Source: Ostreococcus lucimarinus (Eukaryota). Taken from it: a DNA stretch of 64,000 nucleotides. The position numbers and the translations under genes are program-made. The stretch lies in assembly GCA_000092065.1 (NCBI GenBank), contig CP000591.1; one strand, written 5' to 3'. A model generated the notes under the pieces. The model worked only from the letters and a program-made list of their open reading frames with translations. It did not search any database and was not told the DNA's origin. Positions 1 through 10,623 of the stretch are shown here, in pieces (within the stretch, counting starts at the first letter, position 1; the number at the start of each line of letters is the position of its first letter).

Positions 1-1
1 G

Positions 2-625
2 CTCGGCCCCGCGCTCGCCGCGATGGAGCTTTCGCAAATGATGGTGCAAGGCATGTGGGACAAAGACCCAGCAGTGATGCAGTTGCCGCACATCGACCAA
101 GAGACCGGCGAGCGATGTGTCACGGCTGGCATCGAGGGTGTCTACGACTTGATCGATATGGAAGATGACGCGAGGCGCGATATTTTACAACTCAGCGATG
201 AGCAGCTCGAAGACGTGGCGGAAGCAGCGAATCGTTACCCGAGCATTGAAGTAGCATTCGACGTCACTGACCCCGACGACGTCACCGCGGGCGACGCAGT
301 GGAGATCGTCGTCAACCTCGAGCGCGAGATCGAGGGCGAAATCGGTCCAGTTTTTGCGCCGCGATATCCAGGGCGAAAGGAAGAAGCTTGGTGGCTCGTC
401 GTCGGTGACGTGAGAAAAGGCACCTTGCACGCTATTAAGCGCATCACGCTCGGCAAGAGGCAAAAAGTCAAGCTCGAGTTCGCGGCGCCGGAACAAGTGG
501 GCAAGGCGGACTTGACTTTGTACTTTATGTGCGATTCCTACCTCGGATGTGATCAGGAGTACGAATTTACCCTCGACGTCAAGGAGGGAGAGGACGAGAG
601 CGATGACGACGCGATGAAACCGTGA
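2..625 (+). CDS. BRR2: Brr2/SNRNP200 (U5 snRNP 200-kDa helicase), C-terminal fragment; 5' part lies outside the window
   Basis: ORF 23..625 stays open to the window edge in the same frame. The translation matches the conserved C-terminal Sec63 domain of Brr2 (AWWLVVGD...KVKLEF...YFMCDSYLGCDQEY, acidic tail). Stop at 623-625. Confidence 0.85.
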   Translation, partial: LGPALAAMELSQMMVQGMWDKDPAVMQLPHIDQETGERCVTAGIEGVYDLIDMEDDARRDILQLSDEQLEDVAEAANRYPSIEVAFDVTDPDDVTAGDAVEIVVNLEREIEGEIGPVFAPRYPGRKEEAWWLVVGDVRKGTLHAIKRITLGKRQKVKLEFAAPEQVGKADLTLYFMCDSYLGCDQEYEFTLDVKEGEDESDDDAMKP

Positions 626-764
626 TGGAAACACTGAAAAAAATACTGTCGAGCAGCGCCGTGCTAGCGGACGCACCAAAAGTTGTCAACACATGCAAAA
701 CTTTAGTCATTACTGTTCTCACTACGACTACGCTACGACGCTAATAATACAACACACGGAGCAA

Positions 765-2111
765 TTAAACGAGCACCGGACGCAGGAGCGCGCCGAGCCG
801 AACGGAAGCAATGTGGGTCGCCGAGGCGACGCCGCGTGAACGCGCGGCGCGGTTCGACGGCGATTGAGCGCGCGCAACGACGGATACGCCGCAGGTTCGC
901 GCGCGATCTCCACGGGCGCGCATAGCCGGACGCCGTGCATCGATGCCAACTCTCATCGATCGTCGTGGGTCGAAGCACGAGGCGATGACGCCACTAGCGC
1001 GTTTTGTGGCGCCGCCCGCGCTGCGGTCCGCGCGGCGCACCAAGGCGCCGAATCCGAGCGTCGCCGCGCCGAACGCGGCGAGATTCGGCGCTAACGCCAC
1101 GGGATTGGCGAACGACACGTGCGCGAGGACGGCGATCATCGCGCCAGACACTAGATTTGCGTAGTTAACCAACGTCGCCGCGAACGGGACGTTCAACGCG
1201 AATTCCATCGCGTACGTGACGGTGAGCAAAGGCAACGGCGACAGCATCGCCATCAACGCCACCGCTGACCCGATCGAACCCAGCGTGCCGCCCATGGTGT
1301 ATAAAACTGCGCTCGCGCACAGCATGGAAGCCCCGTAACGGCGCGCTAACGCGCACACCATGTCCCGCGCTTCATCCCTCGCCATGTTCGGCTGGAACAA
1401 AATCCCGAGCGCGAGCAAAGCCGCGGGCTTGTTCGCGCCGGCCAAAAACGCCAAAAACCCATCAATCGCTGGCGGAAATCCTCCGTCGCCCCACACCGCG
1501 CGATAACACAGCGTTACGAAACACGCCAACAGACACGGATTCCTCGCTTGCTTGACCATCGAACGTCGCATCGATTCCAGAATCTTCGTCGTCGATCCGT
1601 CCTTTGCCGCCTCGCCCGCGCCGTCCACGTCGATTTTCGAGCATCTCCACGTGTATATCGCGTGCGCCACGATCAACAAAAACACTTGATTCGTCGCGTC
1701 GAACACGACGATCAGTTCCAGCGCCTTCGCTCCGTACAATATCTCCGCCAACGGGTACGCAAAGTTCCCCAGATTCAACCCGACCGCCGCGCCGCTCACC
1801 AACGCCTCGCGCGACCGTCGCGACATCTCGATCAACGCGTCTCCCGACGACCGCGCGTTCGCGCCCCGCATCGCGCGCGTCGTCGTCAGCGACACCAGCA
1901 CGCACGCGCATCCGAACGCGCATCCCGCGAGCGCGACGCACCGCGCGCTCGCATCCATTCGCGCCGTCGCGAACGTCCGCGCCATGACGGCCGGAAGCGT
2001 CGAGCTGAATATGATCACGCACAGCGACCGTCCGTCGCGCTCGGTGACGTAGCCCAGGTGCCGCAGCGCCGCGCCGAACGCGACCGCGCTCGCGGCGACC
2101 GCGAGCGACAT
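765..2111 (-). CDS. AEC-family membrane transporter (auxin efflux carrier / PILS-like, Mem_trans)
   Basis: ATG at 2111 (MSLAVAASAV...) followed by about 10 hydrophobic segments and a central hydrophilic loop typical of the AEC family. The upstream 154 codons of the track ORF are Arg-rich antisense junk. The Arg-rich 3' tail is doubtful and may hide an intron or an earlier stop. Confidence 0.55.
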   Translation of the reverse strand: MSLAVAASAVAFGAALRHLGYVTERDGRSLCVIIFSSTLPAVMARTFATARMDASARCVALAGCAFGCACVLVSLTTTRAMRGANARSSGDALIEMSRRSREALVSGAAVGLNLGNFAYPLAEILYGAKALELIVVFDATNQVFLLIVAHAIYTWRCSKIDVDGAGEAAKDGSTTKILESMRRSMVKQARNPCLLACFVTLCYRAVWGDGGFPPAIDGFLAFLAGANKPAALLALGILFQPNMARDEARDMVCALARRYGASMLCASAVLYTMGGTLGSIGSAVALMAMLSPLPLLTVTYAMEFALNVPFAATLVNYANLVSGAMIAVLAHVSFANPVALAPNLAAFGAATLGFGALVRRADRSAGGATKRASGVIASCFDPRRSMRVGIDARRPAMRARGDRARTCGVSVVARAQSPSNRAARSRGVASATHIASVRLGALLRPVLV

Positions 2112-2316
2112 GCCGCGCCGCCGTCGCGCGTCGGCGTGTGCGAGGCGTTCGCACCGCAGAACGCGACGCCGCGGCGCGCGCGACGACGATCGACGCCGCG
2201 CGCGAGAGAGAGAGACGCCGCGGGGGCGTCGTCGCGCGCGAGAGCGACCGCGCGCGCGATCGGCGGCGCGCGCGCGACGTCGCGGGCGATCGAGGGCGCC
2301 AACACTATAAAACGTC

Positions 2317-4134
2317 ATGGAGAACGCGGCGCTGCGCGATGCGCGCGCGGTGACGCACGGAGCGGCGTCGGCGAGCGCGGACGTTGAAATCGGTGATGAT
2401 GGATGCGCGATCGCGGGCGGGCGCGCGCGAGAGACGCGCGCGGGAGGACGCGGGGGGTGGTTGACGGCCGGCGCGTGCGCGGCGGCGTGCGGGCTGGGCG
2501 TCGCGCTCGCGATGGCGGGATCGCGAAATGGTGACGAGACGGGCGGACGCGGCGTGATCGCGCGCGAGGACATCGATGTGCGACGTTTCGTGGCGGTGCC
2601 GATGCTCGGATCGAAGAGGGGACGCCGGGGGACGTCGTCGAAGCGCGGCGACGACGACGACGACGCGCCGGGGCTCGGGATCGATGGTGACGACGACGTC
2701 CCGCCGTTCGCGGCGAATACGGGATATTTTGCCTACGAGGAATGGTTCAAAAAATTCACGCATGGGAAGAGCCCTGGGGAAAGTAAGCGCGAACTCGCGG
2801 GCGCGGCGGCGGCGACGCCGATTCAAGAGAGCGCGCATCGCGGCGTCGTCGATTCGGATGGTTGGAAGACGATTCGAGACGATTTGAGGCACGCTGGCGG
2901 TAAACGTAAGTTATTGCTACTTCTGCGCCACGGCCAGGCGACGCATAACGCGTGGGGTGATACTGTCGACGAAGAGTTGGAGACGCTGCCGTGCACGTGG
3001 CGAGACCATGGTGACTTACTCGATCCGTCGCTCACGGATCGCGGCGTAGAGCAAGCTTTGACGACGCGTGCCTCGCTCACGACGAGAGATGGGTTCTTTA
3101 AGGCGATTCGAGGCGGCTCAGACAAAAAGGATAGAATTCGCGTGGCTTCGTCGCCGCTCTCACGAGCGATGGAAACCGCCATCATCGTCACGTCTGGCGT
3201 CGATCACATCTCGCGTCCGATTGCTGTCACGGACTACTTGCGCGAGCGCATCGAACTCAACGCCCCGTTTGAAGTTCGCCGACCGATCTCCATAGACGAG
3301 GGCGAAGACTCGGACGCGTCGAAGTTGATCAAGAATTCCCACGCGCACGGATGCAAATTCCACAAAGGTTTGCGCGAGCTCTACGGCGACGACGCATTCA
3401 TGCTCAACGTAGAGACGCATCACAAGCATCACTCGGATTGTAGGGTCGACAAGACGACTCCGCTGTCGTACACGCACTGCGGCGGCCTCACGCTCACGCA
3501 CGAGGCCGATTTGGAGTTGGGTGACGAGAGGGAGGAGAACATCATCGCAATGATGAATCGCGTGAAAGTCGTCCTCGCCAACGTCTTCGACAGGTACGAC
3601 GAAGAAGTGGTCATGCTCGTCACGCATTCCGACTTTATCATTTCGGCGTTGATGGAGTTATATCCCGACACGCTCGGTTTTGTACCACAAAACGGCGAAG
3701 TGGTACCCATCGTCGTCGAGGACCGCCGAACGAATCATTTGCCTGAGGCGCACGCCACGGACGATGACGCGAGTGAAACGGCGTCGAAAGCCAAGACAAA
3801 ATCAAAGGCTGCGGTCGGTGAGGCGGATCACAACAGGAAGCACGCCAAAAGCGAAGACGAAGAAACAGAAGATCGCACGGCGCGTGGGAAGAAGTCGATG
3901 CGAGCGAAGGCTTCGACGGGCGACGAAATCGTCGTAGATTCAGATTCTTCCGGTCCGGCGGCGACGATCAAATACTTCGATGACGACGATCAGACGGCGA
4001 AAGAATCCGCCACGCGGCACAAATCTAGAAAGCGTGAAGCTTCTCTCGGGAATGATTTGTCCCGTCGCGTCGAGGAATCGCTAAAAAATTTCCACAAACA
4101 ATTTGAGCGCTCTGCGGACCTCGGTAGTGAATAG
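2317..4134 (+). CDS. Histidine phosphatase superfamily (phosphoglycerate-mutase-like) protein with N-terminal TM segment and K/E-rich C-terminal tail
   Basis: RHGQATHN catalytic motif (RHG signature), SSPLSRAMETA and VTHSDFI motifs of branch-1 histidine phosphatases. ATG at 2317 preceded by CTATAAAA at 2305-2312. N-terminal extent is uncertain. Confidence 0.65.
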   Translation: MENAALRDARAVTHGAASASADVEIGDDGCAIAGGRARETRAGGRGGWLTAGACAAACGLGVALAMAGSRNGDETGGRGVIAREDIDVRRFVAVPMLGSKRGRRGTSSKRGDDDDDAPGLGIDGDDDVPPFAANTGYFAYEEWFKKFTHGKSPGESKRELAGAAAATPIQESAHRGVVDSDGWKTIRDDLRHAGGKRKLLLLLRHGQATHNAWGDTVDEELETLPCTWRDHGDLLDPSLTDRGVEQALTTRASLTTRDGFFKAIRGGSDKKDRIRVASSPLSRAMETAIIVTSGVDHISRPIAVTDYLRERIELNAPFEVRRPISIDEGEDSDASKLIKNSHAHGCKFHKGLRELYGDDAFMLNVETHHKHHSDCRVDKTTPLSYTHCGGLTLTHEADLELGDEREENIIAMMNRVKVVLANVFDRYDEEVVMLVTHSDFIISALMELYPDTLGFVPQNGEVVPIVVEDRRTNHLPEAHATDDDASETASKAKTKSKAAVGEADHNRKHAKSEDEETEDRTARGKKSMRAKASTGDEIVVDSDSSGPAATIKYFDDDDQTAKESATRHKSRKREASLGNDLSRRVEESLKNFHKQFERSADLGSE

Positions 4135-4178
4135 AATCTAACAATCTACAGTAGCGTTACAAGTGCGTGTAATCACGA

Positions 4179-4793
4179 CTAGTCATGACGTTCTCTTGAT
4201 TCCAACTGCGCCTGCACCAACGCTCGCATATCGTCCAACACGCGTCGCTCCTTTGCCGCGCGTTCCTCCTTGCTCAACGCCGCCAGCGCCGCCTTTTCCT
4301 CAGCCGAGTACACCTGCGCTTCCTTCCGCATCCGTACCGCGTTCATCCTCGAGTGCCGGCTTCCCGACATCACGTATCCTAAGTTTTCGAACCGTTCAAT
4401 CTGATCCGTCTTTAATCCAATCTCTCCTCGTCGCGGGATGCGTTCGCCCGCCGCCGCGAATCGTCCCATGGCTTCGCCTTCGCCGGCGAGCAAATGTTTC
4501 CCGTGATTGATCGCGTCGCGATCGACTTCGAACGACTCGGGAGGGGGAGGGGGTCCGATAAGTGCCTCCCCGGCGTCGAGCGCTTCGCGTTCGGCGCGCT
4601 CGGCGGCGCGTCGGACGGATTCCAGTCGCTCGTGTCGCTTTTTGAGAAATTGCTTAAACCTGTGCGTTTGGTCGCCGTCTGCGGCGTCGCGCGAGCGACT
4701 GCGCGAGCGCGAAGACGACGACGACGTCGAGGCGTCGCGTTTCGAGCGTTTCGAACGCTCGTCGGCGCGACCGCGGGGGTCGGGAGACGGCAT
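4179..4793 (-). CDS. NKAP: NKAP (NF-kappa-B-activating protein) family, C-terminal DUF926 domain with RS-rich N-terminus
   Basis: C-terminal motif GEGEAMGRFAAAGERIPRRGEIGLKTDQIERFENLGYVMSGSRHSRMNAVRMRKE is the hallmark NKAP C-terminal domain. RS/SR-rich N-terminus. ATG verified at 4793. Confidence 0.75.
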   Translation of the reverse strand: MPSPDPRGRADERSKRSKRDASTSSSSSRSRSRSRDAADGDQTHRFKQFLKKRHERLESVRRAAERAEREALDAGEALIGPPPPPESFEVDRDAINHGKHLLAGEGEAMGRFAAAGERIPRRGEIGLKTDQIERFENLGYVMSGSRHSRMNAVRMRKEAQVYSAEEKAALAALSKEERAAKERRVLDDMRALVQAQLESRERHD

Positions 4794-4900
4794 GCGCGCA
4801 GGACTAGGTCTGAGGGACGAGCGAAGCGACGCGCGGCGTGTTGCGCGTGCGAGTGTGTGTGAATGTGAGATAGAAATACACGCGTTGATATCACTCGACG

Positions 4901-7354
4901 CTACTTGTCCGGAGCGCTTGTGGCGCTTAAGCTCGAGGTTGAGCCCTTACGCGCGGCGCGTAGCGCCTTTTCTATGTCCACTTGCTCCCTGTAGACTTCG
5001 CGCAAATCGCCCAGGACGTCTTTGAACGCGCTGCGGCGTTCGGGTTGGGTGGCCCACGCGCCGTGGATGATCTTGCGGTAACCCTCGGGCGCGCTCGCTG
5101 GGAGTTCAAGGTTTTTTGCGGTCGCCGCGAGCGAGGCGTCGAGATCGGAGGTCATTTGGAACACGATTTGGTACTCGTTCAAGTCTTCCCACGGGATGCG
5201 CCGAGTGAGGAGTTCCCAGAGGATGACGCCGTACGCGAAGACATCTGAAGCTTCGCTGAATTTACCGCCACGTATCACTTCGGGAGAGGCATAGTTCACC
5301 GTGCCTGTCATACCCGTCTGACGCGAAAGCCGTGAACTGTGCTTCACTTTGCTCAAACCAAAGTCGGTGATTTTTACCATGCCATCGCGATTGACGAGAA
5401 CGTTGTTCGTGTTCAGGTCACAGTGCACGATTGGGAACGGTTTGGCGGAGTGCAAGTAAACCATTCCTTGCGCGATCGTCATCGCCCATCGCGTGAGCGT
5501 GAGCGTGGTGTACGGCGTAGTCGTTCGATGGAGAAATTGGTGAAGCGATCCCTTATCCATGTACTCGAGAACGATGGTCAAATTCGGCGCTTGCGTGCAC
5601 GCGCCGAGCCACAAGACGATGGACGGGTGCCTCAGTCGCGACAATATCTGCACCTCGCGACGGAAATCGCTCAACCCTTTACCCATCATATCTTGATTGA
5701 ATAGCTTTTTCACCGCCACGAGACTGCCGTGATACCGACCGAGGAAGACCTCGCCGAAACCGCCGTGACCGATTCGATTTTGCGACGACGGCACGCCTCC
5801 TTCAAACTCGATATCCTTGTAATCAATCTCCCACTCGGTGTTAAGCTCCATGACTCGATCACCCTCGACCGGTTCGTCTTCGGGTAAAATTGAACGCGAA
5901 AGATCCGAAAGCGGCGTCGGCGAAAACGAACGCGCGCCGACGTTCAGTCTGCTCGGCGACGGCGTCGAGAGGCCCGGATCCGAAGGCGGCGTGCGATACG
6001 GCGATACGCTCTGCGTTCGCGATAAGCGTCCTGCGGGCGAATTTTCCCCAGGCATTTTCGCAGGCGTCGAACGAGGTCGCTCGTACTCGGTGTGTTCGTC
6101 ATCCATGTTCAACGCTGCGAACTCCTCGAAAGCCTTCACTTCTAAGTACAGCTGCATGAGTTGCTCGCCGAGCTTTGTCAAATCGCACGTGCTCGGAAAC
6201 AGTTTCCTACGCGGATCCCACCCCGGAGTCGACTCTAAAATGTCCAACACGCGCTCCTCGAGCGCGTCCTCACAGCTTCTCGACGCCTGCAGCGTCGCCT
6301 CGCAATAAACGCTGAGCTGTGGACCAGGTTCGTCGTACTCGGCCGCCTTGACTTCGTCCAAGACGTGCATGAACCATCCTATCAAAACGCTCGCGCGGGC
6401 TTTTTCAGAAATGAACTCGATCCACGACACGTCGAGCTCGAGCTCGAGCGGGCTCAGTCCACCGCGTGGCGCGCCTAAAGGTTTGCTCAAAGGCGGCGTG
6501 ACGCCCGTCTTCTCGTCCGCGTTCCCCTTTTCGGCGTCCGCGGCGCCGGCGCTCGCGCGCAAAATGTTAATCGCGCGAATCACTCGCACGCGTTCTAAAT
6601 TTCGCTCCAAGTGCAGCGATTGCTTCAAGTCTGCCTCGGTCAACCGCAACAGCTCGTATCCATTCACTTTAGCGCTCGCGAACGCGTCCACTAACTCCTC
6701 GAGTTCTGAGCTCTTCAACCACTCGCTCACGTCGCCGATGCTCCACGCGTCCACGCCCCGCGACTGACTCTCCTCTAAAAGTGACGATTGCGACGCATTC
6801 CTCGACGGCGACTTCGGCGTCGCCGAATTCCCACCATCTCGCGTCCCCACCTTCCCCAGCGCCCGCGCCAGCGCCTTCGTCTTCACCTCAACCGTAAACG
6901 TCCGACTAAACTCCGCGCGCTCGTTCGACAGTTCCACCGCGTGCAACTCCCGCACCGGTCTCACCCCCAGCACCCTATCGAACGTCACCGTCACCTCCAC
7001 GTCGCACGACGTCTTCACCCCTCGCAATTCGCATTCAAACGGCGCCTCGTCCACCCGCCTCTCTCCGTGTCCGCCGCCGAACACGAACAGCGCGCTCTTC
7101 ATCGTCCCGCGCCCGCCCCTCGCGAAGCACGTCACGTCGTACGTTCCCTCCCCCGACGCTCGCGCCGCGTTCCCGATCGCGCACTCCAGCGCATCCGTCG
7201 TCTCACCGTCGTCCGCGTCGTCGCTGTCGCTCTCCGCGCGTCGTCGCGCCAGGCGCGCGCCGAGCAGCCCCGACGTGCGGTTGACTTGCGTCTCCTTGAA
7301 AAACTCGCCGAGCGTCAGCGTGCGCGCGTTCGCGCGCTGTTTCGAGCGTCCCAT
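4901..7354 (-). CDS. SAM-domain-containing TKL-type serine/threonine protein kinase
   Basis: Complete C-terminal kinase domain (GHGGFGEV..VAVKK, HCDLNTNNVL, DFGLS, SPE, DVFAYGVILWEL) of tyrosine-kinase-like type. Central SAM domain (SEWLKSSELEELVDAFASAKVNGYELLRLTEADL). In-frame ATG at 7354 (MGRSKQ...); upstream codons of the track ORF look non-coding. Confidence 0.85.
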   Translation of the reverse strand: MGRSKQRANARTLTLGEFFKETQVNRTSGLLGARLARRRAESDSDDADDGETTDALECAIGNAARASGEGTYDVTCFARGGRGTMKSALFVFGGGHGERRVDEAPFECELRGVKTSCDVEVTVTFDRVLGVRPVRELHAVELSNERAEFSRTFTVEVKTKALARALGKVGTRDGGNSATPKSPSRNASQSSLLEESQSRGVDAWSIGDVSEWLKSSELEELVDAFASAKVNGYELLRLTEADLKQSLHLERNLERVRVIRAINILRASAGAADAEKGNADEKTGVTPPLSKPLGAPRGGLSPLELELDVSWIEFISEKARASVLIGWFMHVLDEVKAAEYDEPGPQLSVYCEATLQASRSCEDALEERVLDILESTPGWDPRRKLFPSTCDLTKLGEQLMQLYLEVKAFEEFAALNMDDEHTEYERPRSTPAKMPGENSPAGRLSRTQSVSPYRTPPSDPGLSTPSPSRLNVGARSFSPTPLSDLSRSILPEDEPVEGDRVMELNTEWEIDYKDIEFEGGVPSSQNRIGHGGFGEVFLGRYHGSLVAVKKLFNQDMMGKGLSDFRREVQILSRLRHPSIVLWLGACTQAPNLTIVLEYMDKGSLHQFLHRTTTPYTTLTLTRWAMTIAQGMVYLHSAKPFPIVHCDLNTNNVLVNRDGMVKITDFGLSKVKHSSRLSRQTGMTGTVNYASPEVIRGGKFSEASDVFAYGVILWELLTRRIPWEDLNEYQIVFQMTSDLDASLAATAKNLELPASAPEGYRKIIHGAWATQPERRSAFKDVLGDLREVYREQVDIEKALRAARKGSTSSLSATSAPDK

Positions 7355-7607
7355 GGCGACGACGCGCGTCGCGCGCCTCGACCCTCGCCCCGGCCCTCGC
7401 GCGCCGCCGGCGCGACGCGAACTCGCGCGCGCGGCGACGAATGCGTCGAGTTCGAGTCGCGCCGAATAAACGGACACACGGCGTATGGGCAAACAGTGAG
7501 ACACCGAGCGCGCCGTTGGTGTCCCGCACACGCGGGTGTGTCGCGCCGCGCCGCCCCGCGCGCGCCGCCGCGCGCCACCGCGCGGCGCGCGCGACTCGAC
7601 GCGCGCG

Positions 7608-10409
7608 ATGGCGCCCGCGCGGCGCGGAAGCTTCGACCGCGGCGATGCCGACGCGCGCGGACGCGAAACCGACAGCGACGACGGCGACGAGCGGCGACAT
7701 CACACGCTGACGCTCGCGCAGGGACGCGCGCTGCGGCGCGAGCTGAGCCGACACACGCTGCACGCGCTGGGCGGCGAGCGCGTGTGCGAGGAGAGCTCGC
7801 CGGAGACCACGCTTGGGTCCACGCAGGCGGAGGCGCTGGGACGCGCGTTCCTGGCGTCGACGGAAAGGGCGAACGATGGGGAGGCGACGGAGGCGGAACG
7901 GGCGGCGGCGCGCGTCGAGCTGGAAAACGTCGAACGCGAACGAAGGTCGACGGAAAGACGGTCGAGCAGACATTCGATCGACGCGCCGGCGCGAAAGGTG
8001 AAGTTTGATGCGGTGCCGGAGATGATTCCGAGGGTGGCGTCGGGCGACGACGTGAAAATGGTGAACGCGGCGAACGCGGGGACGGGGGCGACGACGCTGA
8101 GCGCGTCGACGGGGAAAGAACTCGCGGCGGAATTGAAGAAGACGCGATCGAAGATGGACGAAATAAAAGCCAGCGTGTCGAAGAAGTCGTCGTCGTATAA
8201 AGCGGCGGACGTCACGGGCGACGAAAACGTGCTCGAGGGGAAGGAGGAGAAGACGCGTCGCGCCATCAAAGCGATTCAACGACAGACGGACGCGCTGATG
8301 TTCCTCGCGGACGCCGTCGAGGCTAAAGACTTGCCTGGTCTCGCTGAGAGAATGCGCGAACGTCTGCGAACGATGAAAGAAAACTATCACGACATCACGT
8401 CTTACGAAGGTTTGCGTCAGCGTAAAAAAGGGGCGCTCAAGGCGGCAAAAAAGATGGATTTGTTGCGCGCCGCGTTCAACGTCGACGAGGCGCCGAAGGA
8501 CGCGTGCCCGATGCCGACACACAAGAGCGATAAGCCGCTGAAGAGAAAACGAGAGTATCGTATTTTGGGGACGAAAATGCTGTGCGCGGGTGTGTGTTTT
8601 CTCGTGCTTCTGATGATTCCGTTCTTAGTGACGCAGTACGAAGAACACGAGCACCACACCGGTTGCGATTCGATAAGCCAGGGTATGATTAAGCTCGACC
8701 ACGCGAGCTCGGGACAACTCGAAGTGAACTTGTTGGTTGGTCCGTGCACGTACAACGCGAGTGATTTTCATATGTCTTACAACATCTATCAATCGTACAA
8801 CCACCATACGTACCAATTGGGAGCGCTTGGCAAACCGTTGACGACGCCGCATTGGAGTGCGGCGTCCAGTGGGCATCGGCGTAAACTTCTCGGTGGTGGC
8901 GGCGCCGGTGTCAGCAAGCACGTCAAAGCAAGTTTTGAGACGTATATTTTGAGTGAATATCAATCCAAACACGGGAGCGTGTATATGAACTTTACCACAG
9001 ATTGTCCCACGCCAGTGGCGATCTCGCTCACTGCGACGGATACCGGCTTGGTGGGCATCGCCGGTATGTGGCTCGGTTTAGTTCTTCTCATCAGTATCTT
9101 CGGGTTGATCATTACTGAAATCATTCACCGCACCCTAGTTGCGTTCATTGGCGCCGCCGCTGTGCTGTTTATCCTGTCTTTACAACATCGCTTGCCATCG
9201 ATAGCGACGATTTTGACGTGGATGGATCACGGCACGCTCGCGCTGTTGTTCGGTATGATGATCATCGTCGCTCTACTTTCCCGCACTGGCGTGTTCGAGT
9301 ATATATCCGTACATATTGTCGAGTACTCAAAGGGTAGCATGTGGCGCTTGTTCTTCATGCTCATGATATTCGACGCAGTGTTGAGCGCGTTTTTGGACAA
9401 CGTCACCACAATGTTGCTCCTCGCACCCGTGGCGCTGTCTCTGTGCAAAGCTTTGAACATTGATCCGCGTCCACTTTTGATTCCGCTCTCCATTTTCGGT
9501 AACATTGGTGGATGTTCCACACTCATTGGTGATCCTCCGAACATTATCATCGGAAACGCGCTCAAGGAGCACATCGGTTTTGTCGACTTTTTACGAGTCC
9601 TCGGTCCGGGGGTCTTGCTCACGATGCCGTTTATTTTCGCTTTTGTCAAGTGGTACTACGGTGACGCATTGTTTGGTCAAAAGATCAACGTCGACATCGA
9701 CGAATTGCGCGCAAAGTATCCCATACGCGACATGAACTTGCTCATTCGCAGCGGAACGATTTTGATTTTTGTCATTTTGCTATTCTTTTTGCACCCCGTG
9801 ATGCACATGGAACCGGCGTACGTTGCGGTTTTCGGTGCGATCGCAATACTTCTCACAGGAAGCCACGATGAGTTTGAGTACGCGCTCGAAAAAGTTGAGT
9901 GGGACTCTTTGTTGTTTTTCGCGGGCTTGTTTGTGTTCACCGAGGGCATCGCTAAGCTCGGCTTGCTCAGAGCCATCGCCGATGAGCTCTCGACGCTCAT
10001 CGCCTCCTTCCCTATCGGGCAGCGTCAGATCGGCGCCATGTTGCTGGTGGAGCTCGTCGCTGGTATCGCGAGCGCATTCGTGGATAACATTCCATTCACC
10101 ACGACCATGCTTCCGGTCATCATACAAATGAGCGAAAACGTACAGGGCATCTCCATCGAAGCGCTCGCGTGGGCCCTCTGCTTCGGCGCCGACTTCGGCG
10201 GCATCGGAACTTTGATCGGCTCTTCCGCCAACATCGTGATGGCTGGTATTGCCGCCGAAGCTGGTTTTCCCATCACCTTCAAGTCCTTCTTCCGAATCGG
10301 CTGGCCCGTGATGTGCATCTCCTTGTGTATCGCCGGCGCCTACCTCGCCGCGCTTGAAGGCGCTGGGACTTTCAAAGTCAAAGACGACGACAGCGCGTCC
10401 TACAGCTGA
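7608..10409 (+). CDS. ArsB/NhaD-superfamily permease (P-protein/OCA2-like, CitMHS-like) with long N-terminal coiled-coil cytosolic extension
   Basis: About 12 TM segments with duplicated motifs FDAVLSAFLDNVTTMLLLAPVALSL and FVDNIPFTTTMLPVI, and GADFGGIGTLIGSSANIV, characteristic of P-protein/arsenite-pump-like transporters. ATG at 7608 (MAPARRG). Confidence 0.8.
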   Translation: MAPARRGSFDRGDADARGRETDSDDGDERRHHTLTLAQGRALRRELSRHTLHALGGERVCEESSPETTLGSTQAEALGRAFLASTERANDGEATEAERAAARVELENVERERRSTERRSSRHSIDAPARKVKFDAVPEMIPRVASGDDVKMVNAANAGTGATTLSASTGKELAAELKKTRSKMDEIKASVSKKSSSYKAADVTGDENVLEGKEEKTRRAIKAIQRQTDALMFLADAVEAKDLPGLAERMRERLRTMKENYHDITSYEGLRQRKKGALKAAKKMDLLRAAFNVDEAPKDACPMPTHKSDKPLKRKREYRILGTKMLCAGVCFLVLLMIPFLVTQYEEHEHHTGCDSISQGMIKLDHASSGQLEVNLLVGPCTYNASDFHMSYNIYQSYNHHTYQLGALGKPLTTPHWSAASSGHRRKLLGGGGAGVSKHVKASFETYILSEYQSKHGSVYMNFTTDCPTPVAISLTATDTGLVGIAGMWLGLVLLISIFGLIITEIIHRTLVAFIGAAAVLFILSLQHRLPSIATILTWMDHGTLALLFGMMIIVALLSRTGVFEYISVHIVEYSKGSMWRLFFMLMIFDAVLSAFLDNVTTMLLLAPVALSLCKALNIDPRPLLIPLSIFGNIGGCSTLIGDPPNIIIGNALKEHIGFVDFLRVLGPGVLLTMPFIFAFVKWYYGDALFGQKINVDIDELRAKYPIRDMNLLIRSGTILIFVILLFFLHPVMHMEPAYVAVFGAIAILLTGSHDEFEYALEKVEWDSLLFFAGLFVFTEGIAKLGLLRAIADELSTLIASFPIGQRQIGAMLLVELVAGIASAFVDNIPFTTTMLPVIIQMSENVQGISIEALAWALCFGADFGGIGTLIGSSANIVMAGIAAEAGFPITFKSFFRIGWPVMCISLCIAGAYLAALEGAGTFKVKDDDSASYS

Positions 10410-10623
10410 GTCGATCGCACGTATGTATCGCGTTTGTCATATTATTATCTGCGTATTGTGCCGACCGCGTCGTCGTTCCGTTTCGTATCCTTCGTCGATC
10501 GAGCGCCGAGCCGTCGCGCCGTCCCGAGCCGTCGCCGTCGCCGTCCCGCGCGTCGTCGCCGCCCGCAGTTCGCGCCGCTGCCCGGTGCGTGACTCCCGTC
10601 GAAGCCTGGACGGACCGCGGGCG

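Noticed and set aside
765-2573. First 154 codons of ORF 765..2573 as part of the AEC transporter
   Set aside because: They are Arg/Pro/Ala-rich with no hydrophobic segments, and they overlap the PGAM-like gene's promoter and 5' end. An in-frame ATG at 2111 precedes the first TM helix.
6788-8522. Long Arg/Ala/Pro-rich ORFs (for example 6788..8008+, 7203..8522-, 20160..21125+, 32721..34241-, 36991..38130+, 44761..46479-, 47701..48999+) that overlap recognisable genes on the opposite strand or in other frames
   Set aside because: At about 67% GC, stop codons are rare in all frames. These ORFs have no domain content and extreme R/A/P bias, and they lie antisense to genes with clear homology. They are treated as artefacts.
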